NCBI GenBank assembly: GCA_016748015.1
Contig: JAAOMT010000760.1
Span: 634,216-698,215, forward strand
From: Geosiphon pyriformis uo1
Taxonomy: Eukaryota; Fungi; Glomeromycota
Direction of reading: 5' to 3'
DNA: 64,000 nt
Shown here: positions 15,274 to 28,623 of the stretch, piece by piece
How the letters are laid out: each line of letters begins with the position of its first letter
How positions within the stretch are numbered: the first letter of the stretch is position 1
Notes under the pieces: model-generated
Told to the model about the DNA's origin: nothing
Seen by the model: the letters and a program-made list of their open reading frames with translations, nothing else
The model's database searches: none
Position numbers and translations under genes: made by a program

Positions 15274-15340
15274 GGAAAAAAAAAGATTGACGATGGGAAA
15301 AAAAGATTGACGATAGGAAAAAAAAAGATGGAAAAAGATT
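15274..15340. repeat. Short ~20-bp tandem repeat (GGAAAAAAAGATTGACGAT-like), 2 full copies plus partials
   Basis: Directly visible in the sequence. Confidence 0.7.
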
Positions 15341-15749
15341 TTCAATTTCAAGTTATTTTCAGGAAAGTGTTTTCATCATCTGATGGACTATAGGAACTAC
15401 TTTTTGATCGATAAATATGACATGACATCAACATATGAATTTTTTGATTGAAATCTGGATAATAATACATTTTAAGAATTCAATTAAATTTAAATATATC
15501 AAAACTAAATTAGTTACAAGAGTTCTAAAATTTGAATTTATTAAAAAAATTTTTTTTAATTGATATCACCATTTTAGCTACGCTGCTAGTGTATCATATG
15601 ATTAATTTTCTCTCTTTTCCTACAGAAGACTCATATTCTGGTTGTCTCATCCTGAGAAACTAGCATATTGTAACATTCCTTTCGATATTTTGCTCGCGGC
15701 TGTTGACGATTGAAAGTATTCAAATAATGCTTGAAATTAACAAAAAAAA

Positions 15750-18700
15750 AAGACTTTTAAATTATTATGATAAAGAAACAGATGTATAAAACATTAAAGC
15801 AATCATAAAAACGGTTTTAATATTTGACCAATAACAAATAGTTTCAAATGTTAAACAATAATTACAAAATGGATATTGTAAAATTTTCCCAAAAATAAAT
15901 TGAACCTTTTTTCTTTAAAAATATATTTTATTAGCTGAAATTTTTATGATGGTCTATTAATATTTAAATAATTTTTGCTCTTTAAAAAACAATTTTTATA
16001 TTGAGTATTAAGAACTTGATATTTTTATGTTGAATGATAAATTTTAATTATAAAATTTTTTTATTTTGTTAAAAAAAGGAAATCAATACATATTTAATTA
16101 AATTATTATTTTAAAAACTTGAATTTTTTATTTGCTTTTGTTGATAAATTTTTTTAATTATAATATATAAAAATTTATTATTACTTTGTATTTAAAAAAT
16201 CATAAATTAATACCATTATATAGCATATTCTTATATTATTAACATTGTAATTAAAATTTATTTATTGAATAAATAATTATAAAGTTTTTTTTTGTTATTA
16301 TATTATTACTATATTTTTTTAAGTTAAATTATAATTAACAAATTTATTTTATTTCTCAATTTGGTTTATTTTTAATTATAAATATTTATTTTATCATTAA
16401 TATTACTCATTTAACTATATTTGATCTTGTAAAAACTAAATTTACAAAAATTTTCAAAGTTTTTTTTGTATCAATTTTTAGCCGAAAATAAATAAATTTA
16501 AGTTAATATATACATAAACCTAATATTATATTATTATTATTATTATTTATTTAACTAAAAAATTTTTTTAACATAATATCTAAAAAATTTAATTAATATA
16601 TTTTGTTTGAAAATAAAAGAAAAGTTTTTAATTTTTAATAAAAAATAATACAATTGCTATGTTAATTCGTACTCTTAAAATTTGATAACATATATATTTT
16701 ATTTTAACAGTTGTTTAATTAATAAATTTTAAAAACAAATCTTTTTCTTTTTAAGCTAATTTTAACAATACAATTTAAGAAATGTTTAATCTTAATTTAA
16801 AGAAAATTATTTTGAAAAACAAATATATTTCCATTGCTAAATAATTTTTTTTGGTTAAATATTTTTTTAAAGTTTTGAAAAGTTTTGTTTATATAGCTTA
16901 TAAAAGAAATGAATAACTAAGTTAATAATTAATTTAATTTTTAATAATCAATTCAATGATTAAATTAATAATCAGGTCAACAATTAATTCTAAGAATAAA
17001 ATAGTTAAGGATATAATATTAACAATTAAAATAAAAATAAAAATACTTATTATAAATTAGTAAAAAAATTATTAACTATGATTTATAATATTTTTTTAAC
17101 ATGTAAATAAATAAAACATAACATTTTATAAAAAAACAGTAATCAAGTTCACAATTAAATTAATATTAATTATTAACCAAATTAATAATTAGTTAAACAA
17201 CTAATTTAAAAAAAGAGTAAATGAATATTTAAATTTAATGAAAGTATATCAATGTATTTTTTTAAGTTAAAAATCTTTTATATTGAATTTTAATCATTTT
17301 ATTAATCCTTAGTTAATATATTAAAATTAGTTGTTAACTTGATTATTAATCATTCATAAATGCTTGCATTCTGTGGTTTTTAAGCGTTTTTTCTTACAAA
17401 TAAAAACATGGAAACAATAATTGTTTATGAAATTTGAAATTTTATTCTATAATTTGTATAGTTTTGATATTAATAATAATTTAATAGACTATAATCTGTG
17501 GAATATTCAATTGTCATTCGAAATTAAATATAAACATAATTGATTGCAAATATTTAATAATTATTTATTATATTTGTAATCATAACTTTAATTAATACCT
17601 ATTTTTTTATGTAATAAACTTTATATCTTCAAATTTATAAACTTTGAATTGAATTTAAATAAATTTGGTCTTTGATTATACTTTCAAATAAATTTAGTTT
17701 CAAATTTGATTAGATTTTAAATCTGATGAAAATTTTGGTTTGATTTTTTTTATTAAAAAAATTATTTTTGTTTTAAATAAATTTTTTATTACATAATTTA
17801 AATTGAAAATTGAAATTACAAATTTATATTTAGCATTTATTTTTTTATTTGTAATCTGATCTTGAATTAAAATTTAAATATCGTAATTTTTAATTGTTAC
17901 AAAACTTAAGTATTTTGTAACCAGTTTTGTAAAACAGTTATTTTTTATAAAATAAAAATAACAATTTGACATTAAAAATTCATAAATTTATTGTTGCTAT
18001 TAATGCTATTATTATCTTTTATAATAAAAATTATTATTTTTTTAATTGATATGATAATATTAATTCTAGATATTTCTGAACAAATAAAAATTTATTAATT
18101 GTAAATTAATAATTTATTTATTTTGTAATCTAATAAAAAAATTATTAATAATCTAATTGAAATGAATAATTAAAAAATGTAAATAATTAAAAAAGTGTTC
18201 AATTAAAAAGATGCTTAAATAAAACATATTAAATGAAAGGTAATAACTATTAATAAAAAAGTAAGTAATTGAAAAATATAAGAAAATAGAAATATTTTAA
18301 TAAATTAATTATATTATTCTTCTTTAAGTATCGATAAATTTTTTGGTTTGTTTGGTATTTTTTTGTAAAATAATAAAATTTTAACAAGTTTCATAAAATC
18401 CAATTTTTTGAAAGTCAAGTAATATGATCATTGTAACAAAAAGTCAAGATTCTTTATTACTTTTAAAATTAAAAAATTTAAATTAATTTATTTTTTGTAT
18501 CTAAATTGAGCATTTTTTAATTAATAAAAAAATTTGAAATCAGATCAACATTAATTTTTCTAAAATAATGTTTTTTTAGTAAAAAAATGTATTAAGTTGT
18601 ATAAGAATTTTCCTATGTGTAAAAAATATATTCGAATGTCTTAGTAATATATAATTATACATTTTAAAAAATTTAAATAAATCTTTTAGGTTAATTATTA

Positions 18701-19300
18701 ATTTAAAAATAATAATAATAATATATATTTATTGTGGTTGCCAAATTAAAGCCTTAATTTAAGTAAATTGTGAATTACAATTAAAAAAAATATTATTTAA
18801 AAGTTTATTATCTGTTGTAAAAATAATTTTGTAATTTATATAATAGTGATTGTATTTTTCAGTATTGTCTTTAGAAATCAATTAAAAATGATTAATATAA
18901 AATTAAATTTGTAAAAAAATTTATAAAATTAAATTTTTATTAATAAGCAAGTATTAGACAAAGTTTTAATTAAAAATATATAAAAATAAAACTTTAGAGC
19001 TTATATTAATCAAATTAACAAAGTTGTATAAGTAATTATTTGTAAATTGTAATATAATCTAAAAATATTATTATAATTTATTATGTATGTAAACAGATAA
19101 AATAAAAAGAATTAACTAGATAATAATAATTTAATTAAAAGAATAAATAACCAAATAAAAAATTAACTAAAATATATATAATGTAAATAATAATAAAAAA
19201 AAGAAAATTAAAGTAAAAATAGGACGATAAAGAAAATAATAATGTAATTAAAGTGATAATATCACCGGAAAATTAAACAAATTTCGAACATTGTTTTTCT
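15750..19300. mobile_element. Extremely AT-rich decayed repeat/TE block (approximate bounds)
   Basis: No ORF of 60 aa or more in the track, CG-depleted, carries repeat copy 2 and abuts a transposase relic. Confidence 0.4.
16886..17024 (+). repeat. Dispersed degenerate repeat, copy 2 of 9237-9401
   Basis: AGTTTTGTTTATATAGCTTATAAAAGAAATGAATAACTAAGTTAATAATT; more diverged relatives near 21770-21880 and 24283-24360. Confidence 0.4.
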
Positions 19301-19360
19301 TATTTGTATTTAATGATTGTTTTTAAATAAAGTTGATTCTTATATACATTATTTTTTGTT

Positions 19361-21070
19361 TGCCTATGGTTCAGGACACTTGGAAGTCATCAAAGAAATA
19401 TTAATTTCTAAATGTATCTAGTCTTCCAAAATTTATATTGGAGATAAAACGATAAAATCTAAATATCAATCAAGAACATCTGATGGAAAATTCAGTTTGA
19501 AAAAACCTCACAATGTTCTGGATAAAAAAATATTGAGGGATAATGAAGAGAAAGATTGGGAGGATAATAAAAAGAAGATAACGAAAAAAAGATGGCAAGA
19601 AAGGAAATAATGAAAAAGAATATTGGAAAAATAGAAAAGGAAATTATTGGGAGAATGATAAAAAGGAACATTGGGGAGGAATATTGGAAAAGTGATGAGA
19701 AAAAAGATTGGGGTGATGAAAGTGATAATGGTTGGAATAATGAAAATTGATTTAGAAGAAAAGACTAAAATTCAAGCGAAATTAATGACAACCAATTTGG
19801 ATTTGGCATAAAATAAAAATTCAACATTTGAAAAAGAAAAACATGGTCCTTATTCAAGAGGCACAACCAAAAAATCAACATATTATGAAAAATATGGTCT
19901 AAACGGATCTTGGACAAAAGCAGCCAGTAATTCTGCCAAAATTACACAATACTTTGTTGCAAGCAATATTGAATTTTCTTTACATTAAATCAATACTTTC
20001 TCTAATGAATCAAATTCTGAAACTTGGCAAAATGCCAACAAAAAATCTAGCAATTATACAAGGAATTAGAATCAACACAAAAAAATCAGTAAATGATTAC
20101 AATATATTCAACAATTAAGCAAATATGGTCATGGCAAAATGAATGCTAATTTAAAAGTGGTAACAATAGTGTTTTTTAATGATAGAGTTTGTCATACACA
20201 ACAAATTAAATATTTGGTAAATTATTGGATAGCTAATAATACATTGCCAATATCACATTAAGGAAAAAACAAAAAACAATTAGATTAATTGATGATAAGA
20301 GCACGAAATTTCACTGTTACTCCAACAAAATTTATTAATAAATTTAGAAATTGTAAAAAAAAATCTATACAATCAGATCTGCTTTACATTGGCTCAATAT
20401 ATTAGGTTATTAATTTCAACAATACTATCAAGAAATTTTTTATGATGGTCATGAATAACCAAATTTTATCAAGAATTTTTAAATCAAATGAAAAAATATG
20501 AAAAATTAATGTGAAAATATGAAGAGAAAAACATAATTAGAGTTTTATCTATTCTTCAAGATAAACAAAAGAAACAAATATTAGTAATACATAATAATTG
20601 TATATTTTATTTTAATAATAACAAAAGAGGAATTTGGACCAAAAATAGAAAATTGTTATTATGCAAAAAAGGAAATAAAGGATTAATTATGATTAGTGAA
20701 TTTTTTATAAAGATGAATGAAAGACTACAACTTTAAATTGCTAATATTCAAAATCATCCAATAATTTCCAAAAAAACATGCTGTTAGTTAAAGTCAGAAA
20801 ATAATAATAAAAACTTGATGAAAACCAACTAAAAATACATAATACATATTTTAGATATGCCAAAAAAAATTTTGATTATTCATGAAAAAGATTGCAACAA
20901 ATTGTATCTTAAGTCTTCAATTTGTGTTTTTAATTACAATTAGAAGATTTGCTAAAAAAATTTGGTGTTATATGAATTTTTGTAGAAATTTTTTTCAGAA
21001 TATGCAGTTAAAAAATAAAAGTCTCATAGAATAATTCCAAATAGTATTTTAGAAGAATTAAATCAAGTTT
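19361..21070 (+). pseudogene. Degenerate DDE (Tc1/IS630-like) DNA transposase of the fungal 'YDGHER...HDE.IFYSND...KKGNGRSIMVSEF' type
   Basis: Stop-riddled fragments: KHGPYSRGTTKKSTYYEKYGLNGSWTKAA (~19839), HWLNILGY*FQQYYQEIFYDGHE*P (~20387-20460), LVIHNNCIFYFNNNKRGIWTKNRKLLLCKKGNKGLIMISEFF (20581-20706), LITIRRFAKKIWCYM...EYAVKK*KSHRIIP (~20930-21040). Family consensus is from recall. Confidence 0.75.
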
Positions 21071-22151
21071 ATATTGAATAAATTTGTAATTTTATTTTAA
21101 TTAATAAAATTGTGTTTCAAATTTCAGACTAATCATCAGCACTTGATGACTTCAATAATTAACTTGTTGTAATCAGCCAAAAATCGATTTTTTTTAAATT
21201 TAAATTTGTAAAAAACTTAATTTATAAAAATTAATTTTTTATCAATTATTTCAATTTAAAGCTGAAACTTTTAAAAAATAAATTAAATATTATCATTAAA
21301 TTCATGATATTTTAATGTAGTTTTTATTGATTTCTTGAAGAATTTCTTATTGCAACAAATTGCGTAAGAAATTAGCACTTAAGTTATAATTAAATCTTTT
21401 ATTCTAAGACAAATTACAAATCAATTGTTTTATTCAAAATTTGAGTTTCTTTAGTATTTTTTAATCAATGTTTTAAAATTAAAAAAAATACTAAAAATAA
21501 TTTTAAAAGAAGCAAATTAAGCAAGTATTGTTTTTTAACAGAATACAAGTAATTTAATATAATTTTTGTTCTAAGATATTTTTTTGGCTAAATTTTTTAT
21601 GAAATTGATAAATTTTATAAAAGTAGTTGGATTTATTGCATTTTTTTGGTCATAATAAATTTCTAATAATGTAAATGAGAAAATTGAAGTTTTTGTATTA
21701 AAGAAATTGATCTTGTAGCTAATTAACTGATTCAAGTGGAAATGCTTTTCTATAACTATGGAAAATCTTATTTATATATCTTCTAAAAGGGACAATTGAT
21801 TAGGTTGATAATCAAATCAATATTTCAGTCAATAATTAGGTCAATGATCACTAATCCTAAAAACTAAAAGATTGAACCTTAAGTAAATATCTTAAAATAC
21901 TTATTTACATCTTTTTTTATGGCCGTTTAAATAAATGTTAGTTGAAATAAATAATATTTTCCAGATATTTAGGCATTTTAAATTTAATAAAGATAGAAGA
22001 TTTTTTAATATATTTGAATAACATATTAAAAATTTGTGAAAATTAGTTCTTTGCCCAGGATGATTTGGAATCAGGACTTTTTTTTTAATCTCACAAAAAT
22101 AATCTCAATAAAATCTTAAACTTTAGCTTTACAAAATCCTGTCTTTTTTAG

Positions 22152-23044
22152 TTACTTTTTACCGCCTGGCAGAAGGGTATACCCTTTGCTCTCAAACAGT
22201 TTATATACCTATAAAAACAACCGGTTTTTAAACATTTTTTGAAAAATATCATCCTGAAAATTTTCTTAAATCTTTTACCTTTATGAGAAGTATCCCATTC
22301 AATACAAGCTGAGCAAACGCCGATGAGACACAAATAAGGCTCAAGATACCAGCCCCAACCTTCTTGCGTCGAAAACATTCGGTGGCAGCTATAATGCCAC
22401 CACCACCACCGGCAAACCATCCAATCCCAAGTAATAGATCGAAGATAAGGAAGATGACTTGTGCGACGAGGAAAACTCGTAGTAATAATGAGCTTTGTGT
22501 TCTTGAAGTAGAAATACGAGGAAAGCTCATGAATATACGGGCTTATTCTCGATATCCAAAACTCTAATTGGCCAAGTAAATGTACTGAATTTTATTACCT
22601 TAAGCCACGATACAAATTCCAATGTCGACCAGCAAAATCAACGACAGGTAATATGAGAAGATACAGTGCAGCAAGAATAATTGAAGAGATCATTGAATTC
22701 CAAATTCTGGTAGTTGCTAACGCAATCACAGCCACCAAGTTTATCATTAACGTAACACAGTACACTAAAGAAACCATAGGTTCAGAGCAGTTATTAAAAA
22801 GAGTAGTTATATTCTTGGCCAAAAAATCGTAAATTGAGAAGTATTTGCAAACTTTTCCAAAGATTAAAGGATCTTTTTGCCAGCGATTTCTCATACGCTT
22901 CGTCGATGTCAACGTTGATATCATGGTAAATTATCGGGAAAATTGGTGGCCTGATTATGTACAATTAATTCATTTCTTGCTTTTTTTAAAGATTGAGGAG
23001 GATTAAACTTTAATTTACCAGTTTCGCTTTCCAACATCATTCAT
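22152..23044 (-). CDS. SCAMP (secretory carrier membrane protein) family, ~189 aa, 5 exons (23044-23019, 22950-22853, 22764-22599, 22501-22279, 22208-22152)
   Basis: Four GT-AG introns (68, 88, 97, 70 nt) with compatible phases give MNDVGKRNWPPIFPIIYHDINVDID...FNLWKMYCVTLMINLVA...DFAGRHWNLYRGLRTQSSLLLRVFLVAQ...GWFAGGGGGII...LLIKVYKLFESKG. This has the SCAMP NWPP..P..Y.DI motif, an E-peptide-like segment and four TM helices. Confidence 0.85.
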
Positions 23045-26000
23045 TTTTCAAGTGAAGGTCAGTGAAATATTTAGAAATGAAAATAAGTTTATCGTTTGAG
23101 AGACAAGTCCAAATTCTGAAGAAATAGTTATGTAAAGTCTTTGAAAAAATTTTGCATGAAAAAGGTATAAAAGGATCGGAATTGGTCATTTTTATCAATT
23201 TCTTCGTATGCCAAAAAAAATAGCCTGTACGAATAATAAGTTAATTAGAAGTTTAAGAATTTTATTGTGGGCCGTGAACCTGATAATCGCGAATGTTTAT
23301 TTGGGGCTTGGCTCGATTATCATAATGAATGGTGGCTTGGTACGGAACAGGAAAGAATAGAGAATTATTTTAATAAAAAGCTGGGCGCTTTCGAGATATA
23401 TAACCATTTCTATTTTCTATTTTGAGAATTGGTCCAGTAAACAATAAAATCCTTTGTTAAAGCTGATAGATAAAGTTTATATTTTTCAAATTACAAATTT
23501 GCAAAAATCTGGGTTTAAATGTTTGTTTTTCTATAATTATTTTATAAGTAATATATTTGACAAAAGTAGAAAATGACATCAAATTGAAAATTTCCCTATT
23601 CAATGAGCAATTTCAAATGGTTCAAAACTTGAATAGCGTAAAAAATATAAAGCACGATTTTTACAAGATTTTTTTATTTCAATAATGGATTATAATATTC
23701 ACAAAAAGTTATAGTTTCTATTGATATCTTGTTTTAAGCTGTAAAATATTTAAATATTGAATAAGGTATTTAAACTATTAATTATGTAAAGTATTTAGTA
23801 ATAATTACTTTTCTAGAATTTTTTAAAATTATGTTACAAAGTCAAAATTTTGTGCTATATCGTTTTAAAAAACTTCAAGAATCATACTGTTTATACAAAG
23901 AATATGTTAAAAACAAATAAATCGAGCAATTTGAGATTTATTCTAAAATTTGCCATTGCGTTTTGATAAAAAATGTCCAAACTCTAAAAAAATTGGGAAC
24001 AAATTACGCTTCCTTTTTTTATAAATTAATTGAAATAGAATTGTTATATAAACTATTCAAAATAAGATATATTTCAATTTATAAAAGTATTATATTATAA
24101 GAAATAAGCAAAATATTAAAAATAGCAAATTTTCAGGATAAATGTTTAACTATGATGTGTAAGAAGATTGAAACAAAGGAATCAATACAAACTATGTACC
24201 TCAGCCAGCAAATCTTTTAGTCTAAAAAAGTCTTCTTCTTTACAGTTGACTAAAATCTTGAGAAAGGCTTTTACACTGCCTTTTTATATATTTAATTAAA
24301 AAGCCGACCGTTAGGCTGATAGCTAGATTAAGAAGCAAGTTAATAATCAATTTAACAACTTTTTTAAAATAATTATAATAAACTAAAATAGAATAAATTA
24401 TCGTTATTTTTTTAAATAATATTAAAATATGGTTTGAAAAAAAAGACTCAAGATATTGACATATTGTAAAAATAGTTAATGAAATAACTTTTGCATTTTC
24501 TCTAAAATTTCAAAGTTTTCTTTATCTTTAGTTATTTTTACTAAAATTAGTTATTCAACTTTTTTTACTTAATCTTAAGTCAATATTACTTTCTTTATGT
24601 TTTAGTTAATTATTTCATTGTTGCTAAAATTAAAAAACAAATCATACTATTATAATATATTTTAATACTTTGTAATATGCCATATTATAAAAAATTATTA
24701 TCAATCAAAAAACTATATTTTAAAAAAAAAAAATTTTCAAAAGAAAATTAACAATATAATTTATAATGTACTGTAAAAAATAGATTAAAATAAAAAAGAT
24801 CAAAACTGTATTAATTTTATATTTAAAAATTTATTAACAGTTTTATTATTATTAAAATAACTTTCAAATTGTTAATAAATAATTTAAATATAAATTGAGA
24901 TATATAATAACAAATAAAAATCAAATTCAATTTTTTATAAAATTCTTAATATTGTCAATAATTTTAAAAGTTCTAATATTTTATTCAATTAACAGTAATT
25001 ATAAACCAAAGGTTATTTTAAAAATAAATATATGTTTAAGATTTTTTATTATAATTCTTAAATAATATATACGATATGATTATTTATATTATATATATTC
25101 AATGTCAAAAAAAAATATCATTGTTTAAATTTATCATATAACAGTGAAAATACTGCAGAGATTTTTGGATTTCATTCAAATTACACCAAATAAAAGGGAA
25201 AAAGCATATTTATCGACAAAAAAAGCATAAATGATATTCAGGTTTTTGTGCGGAATATAGAAATATCAACATTTTTTGATCCAGATTCAAATTTAAATTC
25301 AACTGGGAATTATCCAAAATTATCATTAGCTGTTCTACATAATGAGTTAAACCATATTTAATTTTAAATATCATGACTATTTTATTTTCCCAACTATTCG
25401 TTTTTTTGCGCAGGAAAAAATAACCCTTAAAAACTTAAATAATCAATCTAACTTTAATTTAGAAACAAATACTTTTGAAAAAAGCCCTAAAATGTTATTG
25501 ATTTAACCGCATTCATTCTTTTTGACCTCGGGGTATCGCCGATCTTAAGCCCAGAACATATATTAGCAAAATCTTAGATTATATCATGAGGTCTTCATAT
25601 ATAAATTTATATATATGCTGATAATAGTTGAATATTTTGAAAAATTTGAAATTCAGTTTAAAATTATTCTCAGTTAAAAAGAACCCAAAATTTTCTAGAC
25701 GCCCCATTCCGAATTGAAATATTAAAAATACGAATGAGATAAATACAATGTAGGGTTCTAAAAAAAAAGTTAAACTTATGTAAATAATGGAAAATAACGT
25801 ATTTTTGAGGCAAAAATTATCAAATTTCACAATTGTTGGAAAACTAAAATCACAAAAATTCATAATGTCGTGGGTAAAAAAGTCCAACGTTCAAAAGCAC
25901 TTGAAAGAAAATTACAATCTAACCTTTTTAGTTTCCATAATTTAGCTCATTATTTTTTTGACTCGCTTAAGTAAAAGAATGGGAATTGTATACGTTTTTC

Positions 26001-26598
26001 ACCGAGAAATAAACAGATCAGATTATATTTCTGGCTCTTTTATAATTTTAAGAATCTATATAGAGTTTGATAAATCAAAAAAAAAAAAACTTTGAATCTT
26101 GATTGAATCCTTATCAAGAGGAGATTTTTTGTTTTTGTGGAACGAAAAATGAACTACTAAATTTTTAGCTCAAGTTCAAATCATGAGAACCAAAAACATA
26201 TTATTTTATTGAAAAATTTTAACTTGAAGCTCTTTTTTTCAAGCGCGATTTCCTCTTTTTTTTTTAAAAAAATTTTCATAGGTTTTTTTTTTAAATATCA
26301 CACAAATTTCAAATTCTTCGATCTTGATTTTTTCCACTCCAATGGAACTCTACCGAATTTGCCAATTATAATGAACAATAATATCGATATGTGATTATGT
26401 TTTTGTTGATGTATTCAAATTGTTTATGATACATTTGGCATGGTTCCATTTAAACATGATTATCATTTTCGAAAATGAGTAGTCTCAAAAATCTCATGAT
26501 TTACATTAGCTTATTCTCAATTTGGAATAGTCGTTTTTGTGTCCCTATCAAAAAATTAAGAACTGATTGATCATAGATTTCACAAAAAAATTTTTTTG

Positions 26599-26650
<52 letters not shown>
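26599..26650. repeat. 52-nt poly(A) tract
   Basis: Directly visible in the sequence. Confidence 0.9.
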
Positions 26651-26652
<2 letters not shown>

Positions 26653-27059
26653 GAAACACAAATATTATTTTCAAAGAGATTCCTTGAATTCTTTCGAGGT
26701 GCTTGATTATTTCGAATCATTTTTGGATACTAAGAATAACTCCAAGCTCTATTTTCGACAAGTTTTTTCACTGAAAATGAAAAACACTCAAAATTTTTTT
26801 TTATTAATTTTCAAGACTGTATGATTGTTGTACTAATTGCTAGAAAAAATTTTCTTGATAGCAATGAAAAACTATCCGAATTTTAAAGTTCGTTTCGTAC
26901 CTATTAAAAGTTCGTTTTATGTGATGTGTAATTAAGTTTAAAATGATTGTCCCTTCGTCTCATTTTTCCCCGGAACATAATCTGTCATCAAGAAATTCGA
27001 CCTATGCTTATCTATATAGACTTTGACTCGTGAAGCTTGAAGAGGACTTATCATGATTG

Positions 27060-27060
<1 letters not shown>

Positions 27061-27090
<30 letters not shown>
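27061..27090. repeat. (TAG)n microsatellite, ~10 copies, just 3' of the paralogue A stop codon
   Basis: Directly visible in the sequence. Confidence 0.9.
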
Positions 27091-27102
27091 AGATAACTGA
27101 TT

Positions 27103-28147
27103 TTACTGCTTTTCATCAGCTGGAACCTGGGAATCAATTGGGGCAGATACGGGACCAGGACTAGTGGTATTCTCCAAAGGCGACGAATTGTTCATCACTG
27201 GAGTGCCATTGGCCATACCATTCAAAGTAGGATCAATACCATTTTCGATTTTCAAATTAGAATTTTCAGCTTCCTTTGCAATCCTTTCCTTTTCAGCATC
27301 AATCCATTTTTTTACGGCGTCAACACCAGTTTGACTCTTTGGTATACCTAATCTCCTGGCCATTCTTGAAACGGTGCTTTGATCCATCTTGATGCTATTT
27401 CCGGCGAATTGAGAAATTTCGGCACCAATTTTCCATTGTGGAATATTGGTACTTTCCACTCGCAAATTAAAATATTTTATAAATTCATCAAGTAAAGCCG
27501 CTTGTTCAGGTGTGAATGATGGTGGCTCCCGACGATTTGCTGTTGTGGGAGTAACAGTTGTCGGTGAGGTTTTAGCTGCCGGTGATGAACGAGAAGCTTT
27601 TTTTTTGTATTGATGATTATTAATTTCTGCATTTGGACTACCAGGTGGAGTATTAGTGCTAACAACGTTAGAAGTGGGTGTTGTCGGTGTTGGTGTTGTT
27701 GTTGTTGTTGTTGTTGTTGCTGCTGCTGCTAGGGCTGAAGGACGGGTTACTTTCGTGTAAGGAGTACTTCTATCGCGAGGTTTACCTTTTTGAGGTTTTC
27801 GAGTTTGTGTATTGGTAATATTTGATAATTGGGTATCGGGATCTGATGAAGTTGTTGTAGGCAAGAGAGTTTGCAGTTCTGGTGGCATCACAGCCTGCAA
27901 CTCGTCAATAGCTTTTGATGCAGAACGCATGGCTTGATGAGCTTGTTGAAAGGCTTTGTAAACCTTTGAATTGAGAAATTTTCGAAAGGGATAAATTTAA
28001 ATTAATATGGGGATGGGGCTTGGAATAAAAGAAAAAAATGATTTCTCTATATTAGAGAGAACTTTTTACCGCTTCGGTTTTCGCTTTCATGTTAGCGACA
28101 AGGTTAGGGTCAACTTCCATCTTTGCTTCATTTCCAGCTGATGACAT
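27103..28147 (-). CDS. Paralogue A: putative transcription factor with C-terminal lambda-repressor-like/POU-specific-like HTH, ~312 aa, exons 28147-28070 and 27963-27103
   Basis: Exon 1 MSSAGNEAKMEVDPNLVANMKAKTEA, phase-0 intron (GTAAAA...CAAAG, 106 nt), then VYKAFQQAHQAMRSASKAIDELQAVMP. Thr/Pro/basic linker. Domain FTPEQAALLDEFIKYFNLR...PQWKIGAEISQF...MDQSTVSRMARR...AVKKWIDAEKER. The gene model is strong; the function is inferred. Confidence 0.85.
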
Positions 28148-28623
28148 TGTGAAGAGAACGGAATATTTCGATTACAATTTTCCTTTATAACAATAATAAT
28201 AATAATAAGTTCGATGGCTTCTTTTTTCGACGGACGCTGTTCAACAGGCCTATTCCATCAAAAAATCAGCATAAATCATCAACCATTATAAGATTATTTA
28301 TTAATCCGATGTTCATTTTCGACGTGGGAAATTTTCCTAATAATATTATTGAAACAATATAATTGGGCAAACATTGAAACAAATGAAATGAGGCATACCA
28401 ATTTCTTCGTAAATCTCGTCGCTTGACAGAAAATTACGATTTCCCCTATTCTGATTCTTGCTTGCCTTTTGCTTCTCAAAAGCCTATTGTTTATGGAATG
28501 TTTTGAAGAAGGTTGGGGGGAGGGACGGGGCAAAAAAAAAAATTAGCGCTTGGATTGGATTCGACCTGTTATGTATTATTATTTCGATGATTGATTATTA
28601 TTGGGCTGGGGGTCGGCAACATC

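Noticed and set aside
10499-15340. Short tandem repeats as a CRISPR-like array
   Set aside because: No unique spacers, only 2-3 copies, eukaryotic context.
22595-22924. 109-aa ORF and neighbouring ORFs (22148-22567) as separate genes
   Set aside because: They are partial or out-of-frame pieces of the spliced SCAMP gene.
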